This document shows, in pieces, positions 28,788-39,134 of a stretch of DNA of 64,000 nt (position 1 is its first letter; the number at the start of each line of letters is the position of its first letter). The stretch spans positions 1-64,000 of the forward strand of contig CBDUKN010000002.1 in NCBI GenBank assembly GCA_965367815.1, written 5' to 3'. The notes below the pieces were generated by a model that saw only the letters and a program-made list of their open reading frames with translations, made no database searches and was not told where the DNA came from. This stretch comes from an uncultured Thermoprotei archaeon (lineage in GTDB: Archaea; Thermoproteota; Thermoprotei; Thermofilales; B15-G2). The position numbers were made by a program, and so were the translations under genes.

Positions 28788-29030
28788 CTATGTCTTAATG
28801 ACGAAAGCTAAGCCTCTGCTGCGCTCCACTCTGACTTTACCTCTCGTTTCTAGTCCTTTAATTAAACTCATAGAGTCTACTATAGTTACTCCATGTTCTT
28901 TTAATACTTCTTCAATTATATTAATTGCTTCAGGAAGATAACATTTATCGGGGAGTCTTTTTAAACATTCTTCTTCTACTTTGCGTAATTTAGATAGCTG
29001 AAAAGCAATGTCACTTAAGTCGTTTTTCAC
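28788..29030 (-). CDS. Hypothetical protein, possibly winged-helix
   Basis: 80 aa; C-terminal LIKGLETRGKVRVER pattern. Confidence 0.55.
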   Translation of the reverse strand: MKNDLSDIAFQLSKLRKVEEECLKRLPDKCYLPEAINIIEEVLKEHGVTIVDSMSLIKGLETRGKVRVERSRGLAFVIKT

Positions 29031-29113
29031 GTAAACGTAGAGGTAAGAGGGACTTAATAAGGCTACTTGTGGGCAAAATGATATATCATTCCACTATACT
29101 TACCTACTTGTAG

Positions 29114-29164
29114 GTGATGACTACACGCCCTTAGAGGATTGATGACTGAAGTGGCCAGGGCTGA
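29114..29164 (+). ncRNA. Box C/D guide sRNA
   Basis: GTGATGA-ctacacgccct-TAGA-gga-TTGATGA-ctgaagtggccaggg-CTGA; 14-bp palindrome AATGATATATCATT (29077-29090) over its likely TATA. Confidence 0.8.
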
Positions 29165-30268
29165 CTATACTTTCCAGTCAAGTCTAGGTATTTTTCTTGT
29201 CAGAAAGTAGCAGAATACTGCTGAAACTAGTATTAGTAGCCATGCAAGAGAATATATAAAGTAGTAGACTGCATATTCGTGTATCTCAAACCTGTACCCT
29301 AAATATTTAGCTAAGATGCCTGTAATTACTGCTGATATAGCGAAACTCGAGAATAGTACTAAGGTTTCTTTAAGGGCTAGAGCAATATTAAATGTCATTA
29401 TTAGCGGTAGTAGCGAAAAACCTGTTTTGGCTATTAGCGGTATTAGTATAAGAGAAGCTATTTTGAGCACTATTTCATCGCTTACAATGAAGTCTAATAC
29501 TAGAATTGAAATTGAGGGAACTGCCATTATTGCTGCAGGAATTACTATGAACGGGTACTTAATTAAAGTGACTATAATATCTTTTAAATTATTGAAAAGC
29601 CATTCAGCGAAGCCGAAAGCCCACCTTTTTCTTTGCTCAAGCCATTTCCGCCAAGAGGATAGAGGCTCTACTTTGACGTAAGCTTCTTTAGTGTATGTTA
29701 TTTTGAGATTCTTTTTAAATGCTCTAAATCCCCAGTCTAGGTCTTCTGAAATTACTCGTCTAAAAGACCCTACTTTAGTTAAGCTATTTCTTTTTACGGC
29801 GAAGGCTGCTCCATTCACTGCAGGAAGTTTTTTGAGTATTTTGCAGAAAAGCCAGCTAGCTATATTAAAGCTCAAATATTCATAATACATCATTTTGCCC
29901 AGGAAACCTTTAGGCTCTATTTCTTTCTTGATGTCTAGTATGTCGCATCCATTCAACTTGCGGACAATTTTCTCTAAAAACTGCCTGTCCGGCACATTCA
30001 CGTCGGCGTCGAGAAATAACACGATATCTCCTTTAGCTAGTTCAATTCCCTTGTTGAGTGCACTTACTTTACCTGTGCGCCTATTATTTACTATTATCTT
30101 TAGCTTAGAGCACTTAATGGACTTTACTTTATTATAGAACTCTGGAGAAGGATTGTCTATTATCATTATAAGCTCTTCGAGAGCATCGCTAGAAAGAAGG
30201 TTACTTATGCTCTTAATGAAGTAGAATCCTTCTCTGTACACTGGAACAATGACTGAAACCTTGCGCAC
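29165..30268 (-). CDS. GT2 membrane glycosyltransferase
   Basis: VIVPVY, GKVSALN, FLDAD, SED, QRKRW. Confidence 0.92.
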   Translation of the reverse strand: MRKVSVIVPVYREGFYFIKSISNLLSSDALEELIMIIDNPSPEFYNKVKSIKCSKLKIIVNNRRTGKVSALNKGIELAKGDIVLFLDADVNVPDRQFLEKIVRKLNGCDILDIKKEIEPKGFLGKMMYYEYLSFNIASWLFCKILKKLPAVNGAAFAVKRNSLTKVGSFRRVISEDLDWGFRAFKKNLKITYTKEAYVKVEPLSSWRKWLEQRKRWAFGFAEWLFNNLKDIIVTLIKYPFIVIPAAIMAVPSISILVLDFIVSDEIVLKIASLILIPLIAKTGFSLLPLIMTFNIALALKETLVLFSSFAISAVITGILAKYLGYRFEIHEYAVYYFIYSLAWLLILVSAVFCYFLTRKIPRLDWKV

Positions 30269-30304
30269 TCGGTGCTAAAAATGTTTGAATCTAAAAAACT
30301 TACG

Positions 30305-31168
30305 TCACCTTTTACCCAAAATTTTGTCTAGTGCTTCGGAATTCAGTTTTGCGTACTTTATTCCGTCTTCAGGGTACTTCGCTTTCTTGAGCTCTGGATC
30401 GAATTCAGGTGGACACTCTACGACAAGGTAATAGTCGTAGCCTACTTTCTTCAATCGCTCTATTACTTTATTCCAGTCCATGTTTCCTTTGCCTATGTGT
30501 CTAAATCCTGTTATGTTTCCTACATTTAAGTCGAAGTCTTTGACGTGAACACAAGCTATTTTTCCTGCAAGTAAGTCTATCCAGTGCTCGGGATAACCTA
30601 GGTTCAGTACGTTTCCTATGTCTAGATATGCTTTGACGTAGTCGCTGCCTATTTCGTCTATAAAGCGTCTGAACTCTAGTGGGCTGTAGAGGAACTTATT
30701 CCAAACATTTTCTACTCCAATAACTACTCCTAAGTCTTCGGCCCACTTAGCTCCCTCCTTTAAGCTCTTTTTGGACAACTCGTACATTTTATCATAGGGT
30801 ATGTCTGGTGATGCCACTGCAGGCACTACTAGAAGTACTTTAGCTTCAATGTCGTGTGCCAGTTCTAAAGCTTTTTTCAGATACTCCAGTCCCTGCTTCC
30901 TTAAATTCTCGTCAGCACTTCCCAGATTTAGTCTCCAGAAAACGCCTGAAGCTAAACTCGATATTTCTAAACCTAGGCTACGGGCTTTTTCTACGATCTT
31001 TTTTCTGTCTTCTTTGCTTAATTTATCTGGATGCAGTAAGTTTAAGTCGCATATCATTTCAAAGCCATCGTAACCAGTTTCCTTGACGTACTCAATTATT
31101 TTCTCGAGTGGAGTGTCTCCAGTGTACTTCCAGCCTATAAGAGACCAGAGGTTAATGCCCTTTTTCAC
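30305..31168 (-). CDS. Sugar phosphate isomerase/epimerase (TIM barrel)
   Basis: GVENVWNKFL, DIGN, HVKD, VVE. Confidence 0.88.
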   Translation of the reverse strand: MKKGINLWSLIGWKYTGDTPLEKIIEYVKETGYDGFEMICDLNLLHPDKLSKEDRKKIVEKARSLGLEISSLASGVFWRLNLGSADENLRKQGLEYLKKALELAHDIEAKVLLVVPAVASPDIPYDKMYELSKKSLKEGAKWAEDLGVVIGVENVWNKFLYSPLEFRRFIDEIGSDYVKAYLDIGNVLNLGYPEHWIDLLAGKIACVHVKDFDLNVGNITGFRHIGKGNMDWNKVIERLKKVGYDYYLVVECPPEFDPELKKAKYPEDGIKYAKLNSEALDKILGKR

Positions 31169-31243
31169 TATTTCACCGTTTAAAATTTCTAGTAAACCAT
31201 TTAAGTATTTACTTTATTAAAGTCCAGTCTGCTTGACAGTTTT

Positions 31244-31670
31244 TTAACTTTTAGCGAGAAGTTTGTCTAAACTGTCTCCATAATACGCTACTTTAAGCAG
31301 TGTTTTCAGATCATCTAGTGTTACTGATCGAGGATTATAGGGGGTTGAAGGGTCTTCTAAAGCTTTTTCCACTATTAGCCACTTGAAGATCAGGGAGACT
31401 GCCTTGAGAGAAAGGGCTTCAGTAAACTCGTTCGCTAGTGGAGTTACATAGGATTCGACGGCGTCTGCCAGTGCATCGAAGGCTGTCGCGGCTGTAAGTT
31501 TCTTAGACCCATTTTTATGGAAAAATGGGTCTAAAATCCCTTGTAGGGACAATGCAGTAAGACCTTAGTATTACCTTGTGTTTTTCCTTGAGATCTTTTA
31601 AAGCTATTCCGAAAGACACTTCGCTTCCAGTGCGCTTGTAGTAGGAATAGCTACTAGCTTAGCTTTTCTC
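31244..31670 (-). pseudogene. Iron-containing alcohol dehydrogenase remnant
   Basis: KLVAIPTTS/TGSEV, ILDP, ATAFDALADAVESY and C-terminal NPR spread over several frames; 5' half and a large internal part missing. Confidence 0.8.
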
Positions 31671-31672
31671 TC

Positions 31673-32024
31673 GAGTACAGAGACTCTGCTAAGAAATGGG
31701 AAGACGACATACTGTTTATTGTTAAAGACTTACCTGAACAGCTCTCAGAAAAATACGGCTCTAGCGAAGTCTACGTCTACATGGACTTATATCACGGAGA
31801 ATGTAAAGAAGCAAGACTTAAAACAAAACCCATTGAAGCGAACATAGCGATTATTGGCAGTTATGAAGACTGGTGTAAAGTCATTAAGAGAACTTCATCC
31901 GATAATGGCCCTGCTTTCAGGTAAGCTTAAAGTTAAGGGCGATGTAAAAAAGATAATACGTTTTGCTTCAGCCGCTATAGCTATGGTTAACTGTTCTAAG
32001 AAAATAAACGCCAAAACTCTTTAG
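31673..32024 (+). pseudogene. SCP2 sterol-carrier-like protein remnant
   Basis: EYRDSAKKWED..YMDLYHGEC..GSYEDWCKVIK / ELHPIMALLSGKLKVKGD; frameshift ~31888; N-terminus missing. Confidence 0.7.
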
Positions 32025-32857
32025 ATAATAAATCTTTCGAGGAATTTTCTTGCAAGTACTAGTCCTTCCTCGTACTTGAAGTAGGGATCTTCGTGTTCTA
32101 TACTTAAGGCATAATCGTATCCGTGTTTCTTGAGAATTGATATGAATTGGGGCCAGTTTAAGTCGCCGAAGCCAGGTAGCCTGTGAGGACACCATCCTCT
32201 ACTTCTTATACCGTAGTACTTGACTTTATTCCATAGTATCTGAGCATCTTTCATGTGGGTATGGTAAATTCTGTCGCCGAATTTGTCTGCTACTTCGATT
32301 ACATCGATAAACTGGCATATAAGGTGACTTGGATCGAATTCTAGTCCTATGATCTTAGAGCCGAGAATCTCGAATACTTTTTCCCATATATCAGGTCTGT
32401 ACATAATATTTCCGGGACAGTTCTCTATGGCTACTTTTATTTCTCTGTCTTCAGCGTATTTTATTATCTTCGGCCACTCCTTTTCAATAGCCTTGTAGTT
32501 TTCTTCTTCGGATTCAGATACTTTGCCTATCCATCCTGTAACTACAGGTATTTCAAGCTTATAGGCTGCCTCAATAAGGTTCATGAAGTGTTCTTGATGG
32601 TGTTTTCTTATATTTTCGTCGGGAGAAATAGGATTTCCGTAAAATCCTATTGCCGAGATAATGACTCCTATTTCTTCTGTTAACTTCTTTATCTCGTTTG
32701 GTCTATTTATAGCCTCCTTGACGTCAAAGAACTTTTTATCAGGCCATGCTGCTATTGAGATAGACTTAAAACCGTGTTCTTTGGCCCACTTTAAAGTAGT
32801 TTTAAGATCCCCGAGCTGGCCCGAGGTTAGGAAACCTATGAACATATTCTCCGACAC
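32021..32857 (-). CDS. Sugar phosphate isomerase/epimerase (TIM barrel)
   Basis: AIENCP, FDPSHL, HTHMKD, SIEHED. Confidence 0.9.
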   Translation of the reverse strand: MSENMFIGFLTSGQLGDLKTTLKWAKEHGFKSISIAAWPDKKFFDVKEAINRPNEIKKLTEEIGVIISAIGFYGNPISPDENIRKHHQEHFMNLIEAAYKLEIPVVTGWIGKVSESEEENYKAIEKEWPKIIKYAEDREIKVAIENCPGNIMYRPDIWEKVFEILGSKIIGLEFDPSHLICQFIDVIEVADKFGDRIYHTHMKDAQILWNKVKYYGIRSRGWCPHRLPGFGDLNWPQFISILKKHGYDYALSIEHEDPYFKYEEGLVLARKFLERFII

Positions 32858-32959
32858 TACGATACCGCGTGCTCCATATATAATACTAAGTCCTTGTTTA
32901 ACAGTTATAATGAAGGATTAAGTTTTAAATCTCTCGAGAAGTAGAGAGAAAGGAGAAAC

Positions 32960-33676
32960 GTGATCAGAAATTTACTTGAGTCATACATCATTTCACTAGT
33001 CTCGCAAGTAGTAGATAGACTGAAGAGAGAATTTGGAGAGAATTTACTAGGAGTAATTCTAGAAAACTTCGATGAAAATAATCTCAGGGTTGCAGTTATT
33101 CTCGAGAGCTATGAGAGGTCACTAGAGCCCATTAAAAGCAGAGTACAGTCGGCGCTCAACTTTAATCCATTTAAGTTAGTTAAAGTTAAGACCGATATCT
33201 TAGTGTTTGAAGATATTTTCAACAATTTAAGTAAAGCCATACTTTTCCTATATTATTCAAATGGAACCATAGTATACGATAAGGACTTCATTATCTCAAA
33301 AATAATAAATGGATTAGAGAACGACACGCATGATGATATATTATCGATTCTTGAAACAGCTAATAGGTGTTTAGAGGACGCCGAGAACGCTATCGGAGAA
33401 AACGACTTAGTCAAGGCAATATACAAGGCTTCTCTTACAATAGATCTCTCACTCAGAGCACTAAGCGAGATAGCTGAAATTTACGGAGACATATTAGACG
33501 ATATTCTTGAAATAGAGTACGACTTAATGCCTACACCTGGAGACTTGTTTGAAAATCCGCTTATTCGGGAGACACTGAGCTATAGGTCAAGTGTACTAGA
33601 GCTAGTTGATAGAGCGAAAAAAACTTTAGGGATCCTAGAGAACATAATTTCGCATACTGTTAAACACTACACGTAA
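32960..33676 (+). CDS. Degenerate nucleotidyltransferase-HEPN-like fusion
   Basis: MNT-like layout (FGENLLGVIL..GTIVYDKD) then AxRCLEDAxxA helices; lacks GS/DxD. Confidence 0.45.
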   Translation: MIRNLLESYIISLVSQVVDRLKREFGENLLGVILENFDENNLRVAVILESYERSLEPIKSRVQSALNFNPFKLVKVKTDILVFEDIFNNLSKAILFLYYSNGTIVYDKDFIISKIINGLENDTHDDILSILETANRCLEDAENAIGENDLVKAIYKASLTIDLSLRALSEIAEIYGDILDDILEIEYDLMPTPGDLFENPLIRETLSYRSSVLELVDRAKKTLGILENIISHTVKHYT

Positions 33677-33759
33677 TTAGCTATTTTCCTTCCATTCTCT
33701 TATTAAGTTTTAAACATATAATAACATATTTATAGAACCGCTTTTCTACTAATACGTCT

Positions 33760-34521
33760 ATGCAAGCAATTAAGCATACTATTGTTCACTCCGCTGAGCT
33801 TAAGAAGCTTTACGCTCCTCAAAGGAACATTATTTGTATTGTAATAGAAACTGAAAAAGAAGAAGAAATAATGACCAAACTACTGAGCTACTATGCTTCT
33901 CGTAAAGTAAAGCTCCTGAGTACTTCTGTAACGCTTCATCCTGAGTCTCCGAGGGCGTACATTACTTCTATTCTTGATATAACTTCAATAGACATGGACG
34001 TAGCTAGTCTAGTTAGGGAGATAAGGTCTTTACCCTATATTCACAGAGCTGAAGTTCTCGAAACTCCTATGACAAGAGCAAAAGCACGACTAATTACATT
34101 TACCTTAAGAGAGTTTTCAAGTATTATTAAGGGAGCATACGAGAAATTCGAAGACGCCGGAGCGGTCTTTCTTTACTTCTTAGGCTATGAAATGGGACTA
34201 GATATAGCGGAAGATATTACAGAGAAGTACTCTGACTATGATGCCTTAAACCACTTCTTCTTTTGGATTAAAGCTCTCGGATGGGGTGACTGTGAAATCA
34301 TAAAGTATATCGATAAAAGGGAAGTAGTAGTAGAGGCTAAGAACCTGTTTGAGTGTATGATATTTCTAGGAGAGAAAAAGATTCCTACAAGTCACTTATT
34401 TAGAGGACTACTGGCTGGATTTACTGAAGCCCTATGGAGAAAGAAAACTGAAGTTACTGAAGAAACATGCATTGCCTGCGGAGACCCTGTATGCAGATTT
34501 ATAGTGCGCACTACTGAGTAA
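33760..34521 (+). CDS. ACT + V4R domain protein
   Basis: GYEMG, LGWG, FEC, EETCIACGDPVCRF. Confidence 0.85.
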   Translation: MQAIKHTIVHSAELKKLYAPQRNIICIVIETEKEEEIMTKLLSYYASRKVKLLSTSVTLHPESPRAYITSILDITSIDMDVASLVREIRSLPYIHRAEVLETPMTRAKARLITFTLREFSSIIKGAYEKFEDAGAVFLYFLGYEMGLDIAEDITEKYSDYDALNHFFFWIKALGWGDCEIIKYIDKREVVVEAKNLFECMIFLGEKKIPTSHLFRGLLAGFTEALWRKKTEVTEETCIACGDPVCRFIVRTTE

Positions 34522-35263
34522 GTAGTTCCTTGAATCTTAAGGCGTCTTGGCCCATGTAGACGTTGTTAAACATTACGTACACTTCTTTACCCTCATACCT
34601 GGACAAGATCTGATCGCGAAGCCACTTTAAATCATCATCTGTGTACTTATAGCGGTAGTTTACTTCACGAGGTCCTTTGCCGTGGAGTCTAAAGTAGACT
34701 ATTTTGTGCTCTGATACAGGCCATCTCTTAAACGGGTCAACTACATGAACTAACCCTAGTTCATCGACTATCTCCTTAACCTTGTCTAAATTATCGTTCC
34801 AGGTTCCTCTAGGTTCCCAGGCTATAGTAACTTCATTAGTAGAGATTGACGAGAAAAATTCTTTTACATTCTTGACGTTTTCTTCGCTGTATTCAAACGA
34901 AGGCGGTGTCTGGAAGACACATATTTTCGCTTCTAGTACTCTACATATTTCCAGTACTTTTTCCCATGCTTCAAAGTTTTCTTTAGTTGGCTTGAGAAAG
35001 CCGTAGTTTTCGAGATTTCCAGGAGGTTTTTCTTTAAGTCTTCTCCAAGTAGGTGACGTGTGTGGATGTGTAATTGCTTGCCATACTTTCACACAGTATT
35101 CAAAGTCTTTGGGCGCGTCATTTCTCCACTTTCTAGCTCTCTTGACTGTAGGTAAGTTATAGAATGTATCTTGGAGCTCTATTACATTAAATTTCTCGAA
35201 GTAAGCTTTTCTGCCACCTTTAATGCTCCATCCACATGTACCTACTTTAATGACAGTAGTCAT
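34511..35263 (-). CDS. DUF72-family protein
   Basis: VGTCGW, ELQDTFY, FQTPPSF, WEPRG, YFRLHG, MFNN. Confidence 0.92.
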   Translation of the reverse strand: MTTVIKVGTCGWSIKGGRKAYFEKFNVIELQDTFYNLPTVKRARKWRNDAPKDFEYCVKVWQAITHPHTSPTWRRLKEKPPGNLENYGFLKPTKENFEAWEKVLEICRVLEAKICVFQTPPSFEYSEENVKNVKEFFSSISTNEVTIAWEPRGTWNDNLDKVKEIVDELGLVHVVDPFKRWPVSEHKIVYFRLHGKGPREVNYRYKYTDDDLKWLRDQILSRYEGKEVYVMFNNVYMGQDALRFKELLTQ

Positions 35264-35325
35264 TCTATTCTAGACTAATCCTCGGCGGTAGATAAATTTA
35301 AAATTTAAAGCAAAAGGCTAATATT

Positions 35326-36531
35326 GTGCGTAGAAAGCTACTTTTCGAAATACTCTCTTTTCAAGACTACTTGCAGATAGTAAGTGAGCTAGAGAAAATA
35401 GGAGCTAAAGTAGAGACAATAGGCTATAGCTCTTTGAATAAACCTCTTCACTGTATAAAGCTAGGGGAAGGTGATACTAGAATACTAGCTATTTGTAGAC
35501 TTCACGGTAATGAACCTGCTACAACTAACGCGGCTCTCTATTTTACCTACCTGTGTTTAACTGAAGGTAGAGTGGGAGGAATACCTATGAGAGATGTTTT
35601 AAGCAAATGTAAGATAGCGCTGGTTCCTGCGGCTAATCCAGATGGACTTGAAGAGTACTACCGCCTTTACGTAAAAAACCCTAAGCCTTCTTGGGAAAAT
35701 GTCTTTGGCAAAGCTAGAGTAAATGCTGAGGGAGTAGACCTTAATAGAGACTGGCTCTATTTAACTCAAAAAGAGACACAGTGTCTTCACATATTGTTAA
35801 ATGAATTCAGGCCTCATATAGTGCTCGATATGCATGAATTTTACTTTAAAGGAGGTTATCCTCCACAGTGGCCTGATGGAGAAGAAGAATTTATGATATC
35901 GCTTACTGACACTCCTTATTTCATGGTAAGTGAGAGTATAAAAGATCTCTCTAGAGAGATCATGGAGAGAGCAATAGATGCAGTAGTAAATGAGGGATAT
36001 GGTCACTGGAAAATTAAAGAGAGGTGGTTTGTTGGAGAAGAAAAGGGTGCTAGAAGGGAAGATGTAGTAGTACCAGCCACTTTTCTAGGTTCTCATGTAC
36101 CATATGAACATTCAGCCAAATTACTTGTAGAGACATGGGGAGTAGGCTTAGGAGAGTACCTTCTTTCAGATCGAGTCAACATACATTCTCTCATAATAGC
36201 ACACATAGCCTATTACACATATGAAAAAGAAAGAGAAGTAAAAGAAGCTGTAAGTGAGTCTATTAGCGAAGATATAGCCTTTCCAGAAGCTATGTTCAGA
36301 ATTTCTGGTCCATCAAATGAAGTAAATAAGGCGGAAAAATTACTTAAACTACACGATATTGCGGCCTCTAAAGTAGGAAATGAAATTCTCATAAAGCTTC
36401 CCCAGCGCAGAAGCCGCATGGCCTCTATTCTCCTTGACAAAGACTTTGAGCTAAACCGCAGGCTATTCGAGAAAAGAAAGTTCTATACTATAGATCACTT
36501 CCTTCAAGTGAAAGTAACAAAGTACTCTTAG
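35326..36531 (+). CDS. M14 zinc carboxypeptidase-family protein
   Basis: LHGNE, NPDG, DLNRD, DMHE. Confidence 0.88.
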   Translation: MRRKLLFEILSFQDYLQIVSELEKIGAKVETIGYSSLNKPLHCIKLGEGDTRILAICRLHGNEPATTNAALYFTYLCLTEGRVGGIPMRDVLSKCKIALVPAANPDGLEEYYRLYVKNPKPSWENVFGKARVNAEGVDLNRDWLYLTQKETQCLHILLNEFRPHIVLDMHEFYFKGGYPPQWPDGEEEFMISLTDTPYFMVSESIKDLSREIMERAIDAVVNEGYGHWKIKERWFVGEEKGARREDVVVPATFLGSHVPYEHSAKLLVETWGVGLGEYLLSDRVNIHSLIIAHIAYYTYEKEREVKEAVSESISEDIAFPEAMFRISGPSNEVNKAEKLLKLHDIAASKVGNEILIKLPQRRSRMASILLDKDFELNRRLFEKRKFYTIDHFLQVKVTKYS

Positions 36532-36546
36532 CATAGATGTGAGAAA

Positions 36547-37866
36547 ATGCAGTACGATATTGTAGTCTGTGGAGGAGGACTCGCAGGTGTGGCGGCCGCA
36601 GTAGCTGCAGCGAGAAAAGGAAAAGAAGTATTGCTCATCGAGCAACACGGTTTCCTCGGAGGATGTGCTACGCTAGGTTTGGTAAACCCTTTCATGAAAT
36701 ATTATTTAAATAAAAATAAATTGCTGGCAAATGAAATATTTTTAGAAATTATTAAAAGACTAAAAGACAGTCGCGGCGCGTGGGGAGAGCCACCTCACTT
36801 CTTTGACCCAGAAGTTCTTAAAGGAGTTTTATTCGAAATATGTGAAGAATCAGGTGTGAATATCCTTCTTTACTCTAAGGTGTTAACAGCGAATACCGAA
36901 AATGGAATTATTAAATCCATTAATGTGAGCTTGAAAGAAGGTATTGAAGAAATCAAGGGAACAGTATTTGTAGACGCTACTGGCGACGGAGATTTAGCTG
37001 CTTCAGCTGGCGCTAAATGGGAGTACGGCGATGGAGAAGTAGCTCAGCCTATGACTTTAATGTTTAGAATAGGCAACATAGATTATAAGAAATTCGTCGA
37101 GTACTTGAGAACCGCAAACGACTGCTCCGAGTGGGTAAACCTTAACTACATCGAGAAATGTGTTGAAATAGGAGCTCCCTTCTCGTTTGCGGGATTATCT
37201 AAAGCTATCAATAAGTACAGAGAAGATTTCCCTGAAATTCCTGCACAAAATAAGGTATTCTTCCCTACATGTCTTCCTCGTAGAGGCGAAGCTTTTGTCA
37301 ACATGACTAGAGTACAGATGCTTTCCGGCTTAGTTAGCCGCGATTTAACTAAAGCTACAATCATGGCTTACTGGCAGGCATACAAGCTAGTACTCTTCTT
37401 AAAGAAACATATTCCCGGCTTTGAGGAAGCATATCTACTTGAGTCAGCTCCGATTATAGGTGTTAGAGAAACTAGAAGAATTATCGGAGAGTATGTCTTA
37501 ACAGCAGACGATATTTTGAAAGCGAGAAAATTTGATGACGCCGTGGCTGCGGGATGTTACCCTATAGATATCCATCCAATGCGTCCATCAGACAAAGAAA
37601 CTATTATGAAAGGGCCTCCTCCTGGAGACTACTACGAGATACCTTACAGGTGTCTCGTACCTCTTGGACTAAAGAATCTTCTTGTAACCGGGAGATGTAT
37701 TTCTACTACACATGAGGCGCAGGCTGCAATAAGAGTAATGCCTATTGCTTGTTCGCTAGGTGAAACAGCAGGCTACGCGGCAGCCCTAGCGGTCGAGAAA
37801 AAGGGACTAGTCCGCGAGATCAACATTAATACTCTTCAAAAACTCTTAGACTATAGACACCGATGA
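36547..37866 (+). CDS. FAD-dependent oxidoreductase
   Basis: GGGLAG, DATGDGD, RETRRI, IPYRCL, GRCIS. Confidence 0.9.
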   Translation: MQYDIVVCGGGLAGVAAAVAAARKGKEVLLIEQHGFLGGCATLGLVNPFMKYYLNKNKLLANEIFLEIIKRLKDSRGAWGEPPHFFDPEVLKGVLFEICEESGVNILLYSKVLTANTENGIIKSINVSLKEGIEEIKGTVFVDATGDGDLAASAGAKWEYGDGEVAQPMTLMFRIGNIDYKKFVEYLRTANDCSEWVNLNYIEKCVEIGAPFSFAGLSKAINKYREDFPEIPAQNKVFFPTCLPRRGEAFVNMTRVQMLSGLVSRDLTKATIMAYWQAYKLVLFLKKHIPGFEEAYLLESAPIIGVRETRRIIGEYVLTADDILKARKFDDAVAAGCYPIDIHPMRPSDKETIMKGPPPGDYYEIPYRCLVPLGLKNLLVTGRCISTTHEAQAAIRVMPIACSLGETAGYAAALAVEKKGLVREININTLQKLLDYRHR

Positions 37867-39134
37867 AAATACTAGCTCTATTTAAATACAATAAAATTAA
37901 CGCAAATAGCTTAGCTTATATTCTTGCCGCTTTAGAGTCATCTGATGTATTCTACAGAATTGATGTAGAGTTAACAGAAGATGTTTTTGGTCATTTAGAT
38001 AAAAGATCTTCTTACTACGATAAAATAATAGTACTATATTCTGTAATGACTACACAGCTTCAAAACTATTTAAAAGAATTTAAAAGACTTAAAGACTATA
38101 AGAGAATTCTTAAAGATAAATTGCTCTTAGTAGCTGGAGGGCCTCATCCTACAGGAGATCCTAGAGGAACTATTCTCAAGCTAGGGTTTGATGTAGCTGT
38201 AGTAGGTGAAGGCGAAGAAACATTAATTGATATTCTTGAAGCAGTACTGAGAGATAAGCCCTTAATTTGTGTCGAAGGAATAGCTCTCCGGGGGAGTAGA
38301 GAGAAAGAAGTAGTGATCACGAGAAGAAGAAAGCTAGTTGATTTAGAGAAATATCCTCCCTGCTCCAGGAAATATGGGCTTTTTCCTCCTATAGAGATAA
38401 TGAGAGGCTGCCCTTATGCATGTAAGTACTGTCAAACTCCGAGAATTTTCTCATTTACCGTGAGATATAGGTCAGTAGACTATGTCAAGAAGTGGGTTAA
38501 GTACTATGTGCAGCAAGGTAGAAGAACTATACGCTTTATAGCCCCGAACGGCTTTGCCTATGGGTCGAAAACAGGAAAACAACCTAATCCAGAGAAACTG
38601 AGGCTTCTGCTGAAAGAAGTGAAGTCTATTCCTCGGACAAGAGTTCATTTAGGTAACTTTCCCAGCGAAGTACGTCCAGAGTTTGTTACAAGAAAGGTGC
38701 TGGACATTGTCGCAAAATATGTTGTCAATAAGACGTTGGCTATAGGCGCGCAGAGCGGCAGCAACCGTGTTCTAAGAGACATTGGGAGACAGCATACTAT
38801 TGAAGATGTCTACGATGCAGTAGACTTAGCACTAGAGTATGGTTTTACTCCCTGCGTAGACTTTATTTTCGGTCTTCCAGGTGAAACTGAAGAGGACCTT
38901 GAGCTAACGCTTAAAGCTATAAAAGAACTATCTAGCAAAGGCGCTGTTATCAGAGGACATACATTCATACCGTTACCTGGAACTCCCTTTGAAAATGCTC
39001 CTCCAGGGAAAATCCCTGAACACGTAAAAAAGGAGCTTAAAGAACTTAAAGAAAAAAGTGTCCTCCGAGGGGAATGGAAAAAACAAGAAGAACTAGCTTT
39101 AACTGTAACTCGGTTATGGAGATCACTCTTTTAG
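37863..39134 (+). CDS. B12-binding radical SAM protein
   Basis: AGGPHPT, RGCPYACKYC, GAQSGS. Confidence 0.92.
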   Translation: MKILALFKYNKINANSLAYILAALESSDVFYRIDVELTEDVFGHLDKRSSYYDKIIVLYSVMTTQLQNYLKEFKRLKDYKRILKDKLLLVAGGPHPTGDPRGTILKLGFDVAVVGEGEETLIDILEAVLRDKPLICVEGIALRGSREKEVVITRRRKLVDLEKYPPCSRKYGLFPPIEIMRGCPYACKYCQTPRIFSFTVRYRSVDYVKKWVKYYVQQGRRTIRFIAPNGFAYGSKTGKQPNPEKLRLLLKEVKSIPRTRVHLGNFPSEVRPEFVTRKVLDIVAKYVVNKTLAIGAQSGSNRVLRDIGRQHTIEDVYDAVDLALEYGFTPCVDFIFGLPGETEEDLELTLKAIKELSSKGAVIRGHTFIPLPGTPFENAPPGKIPEHVKKELKELKEKSVLRGEWKKQEELALTVTRLWRSLF

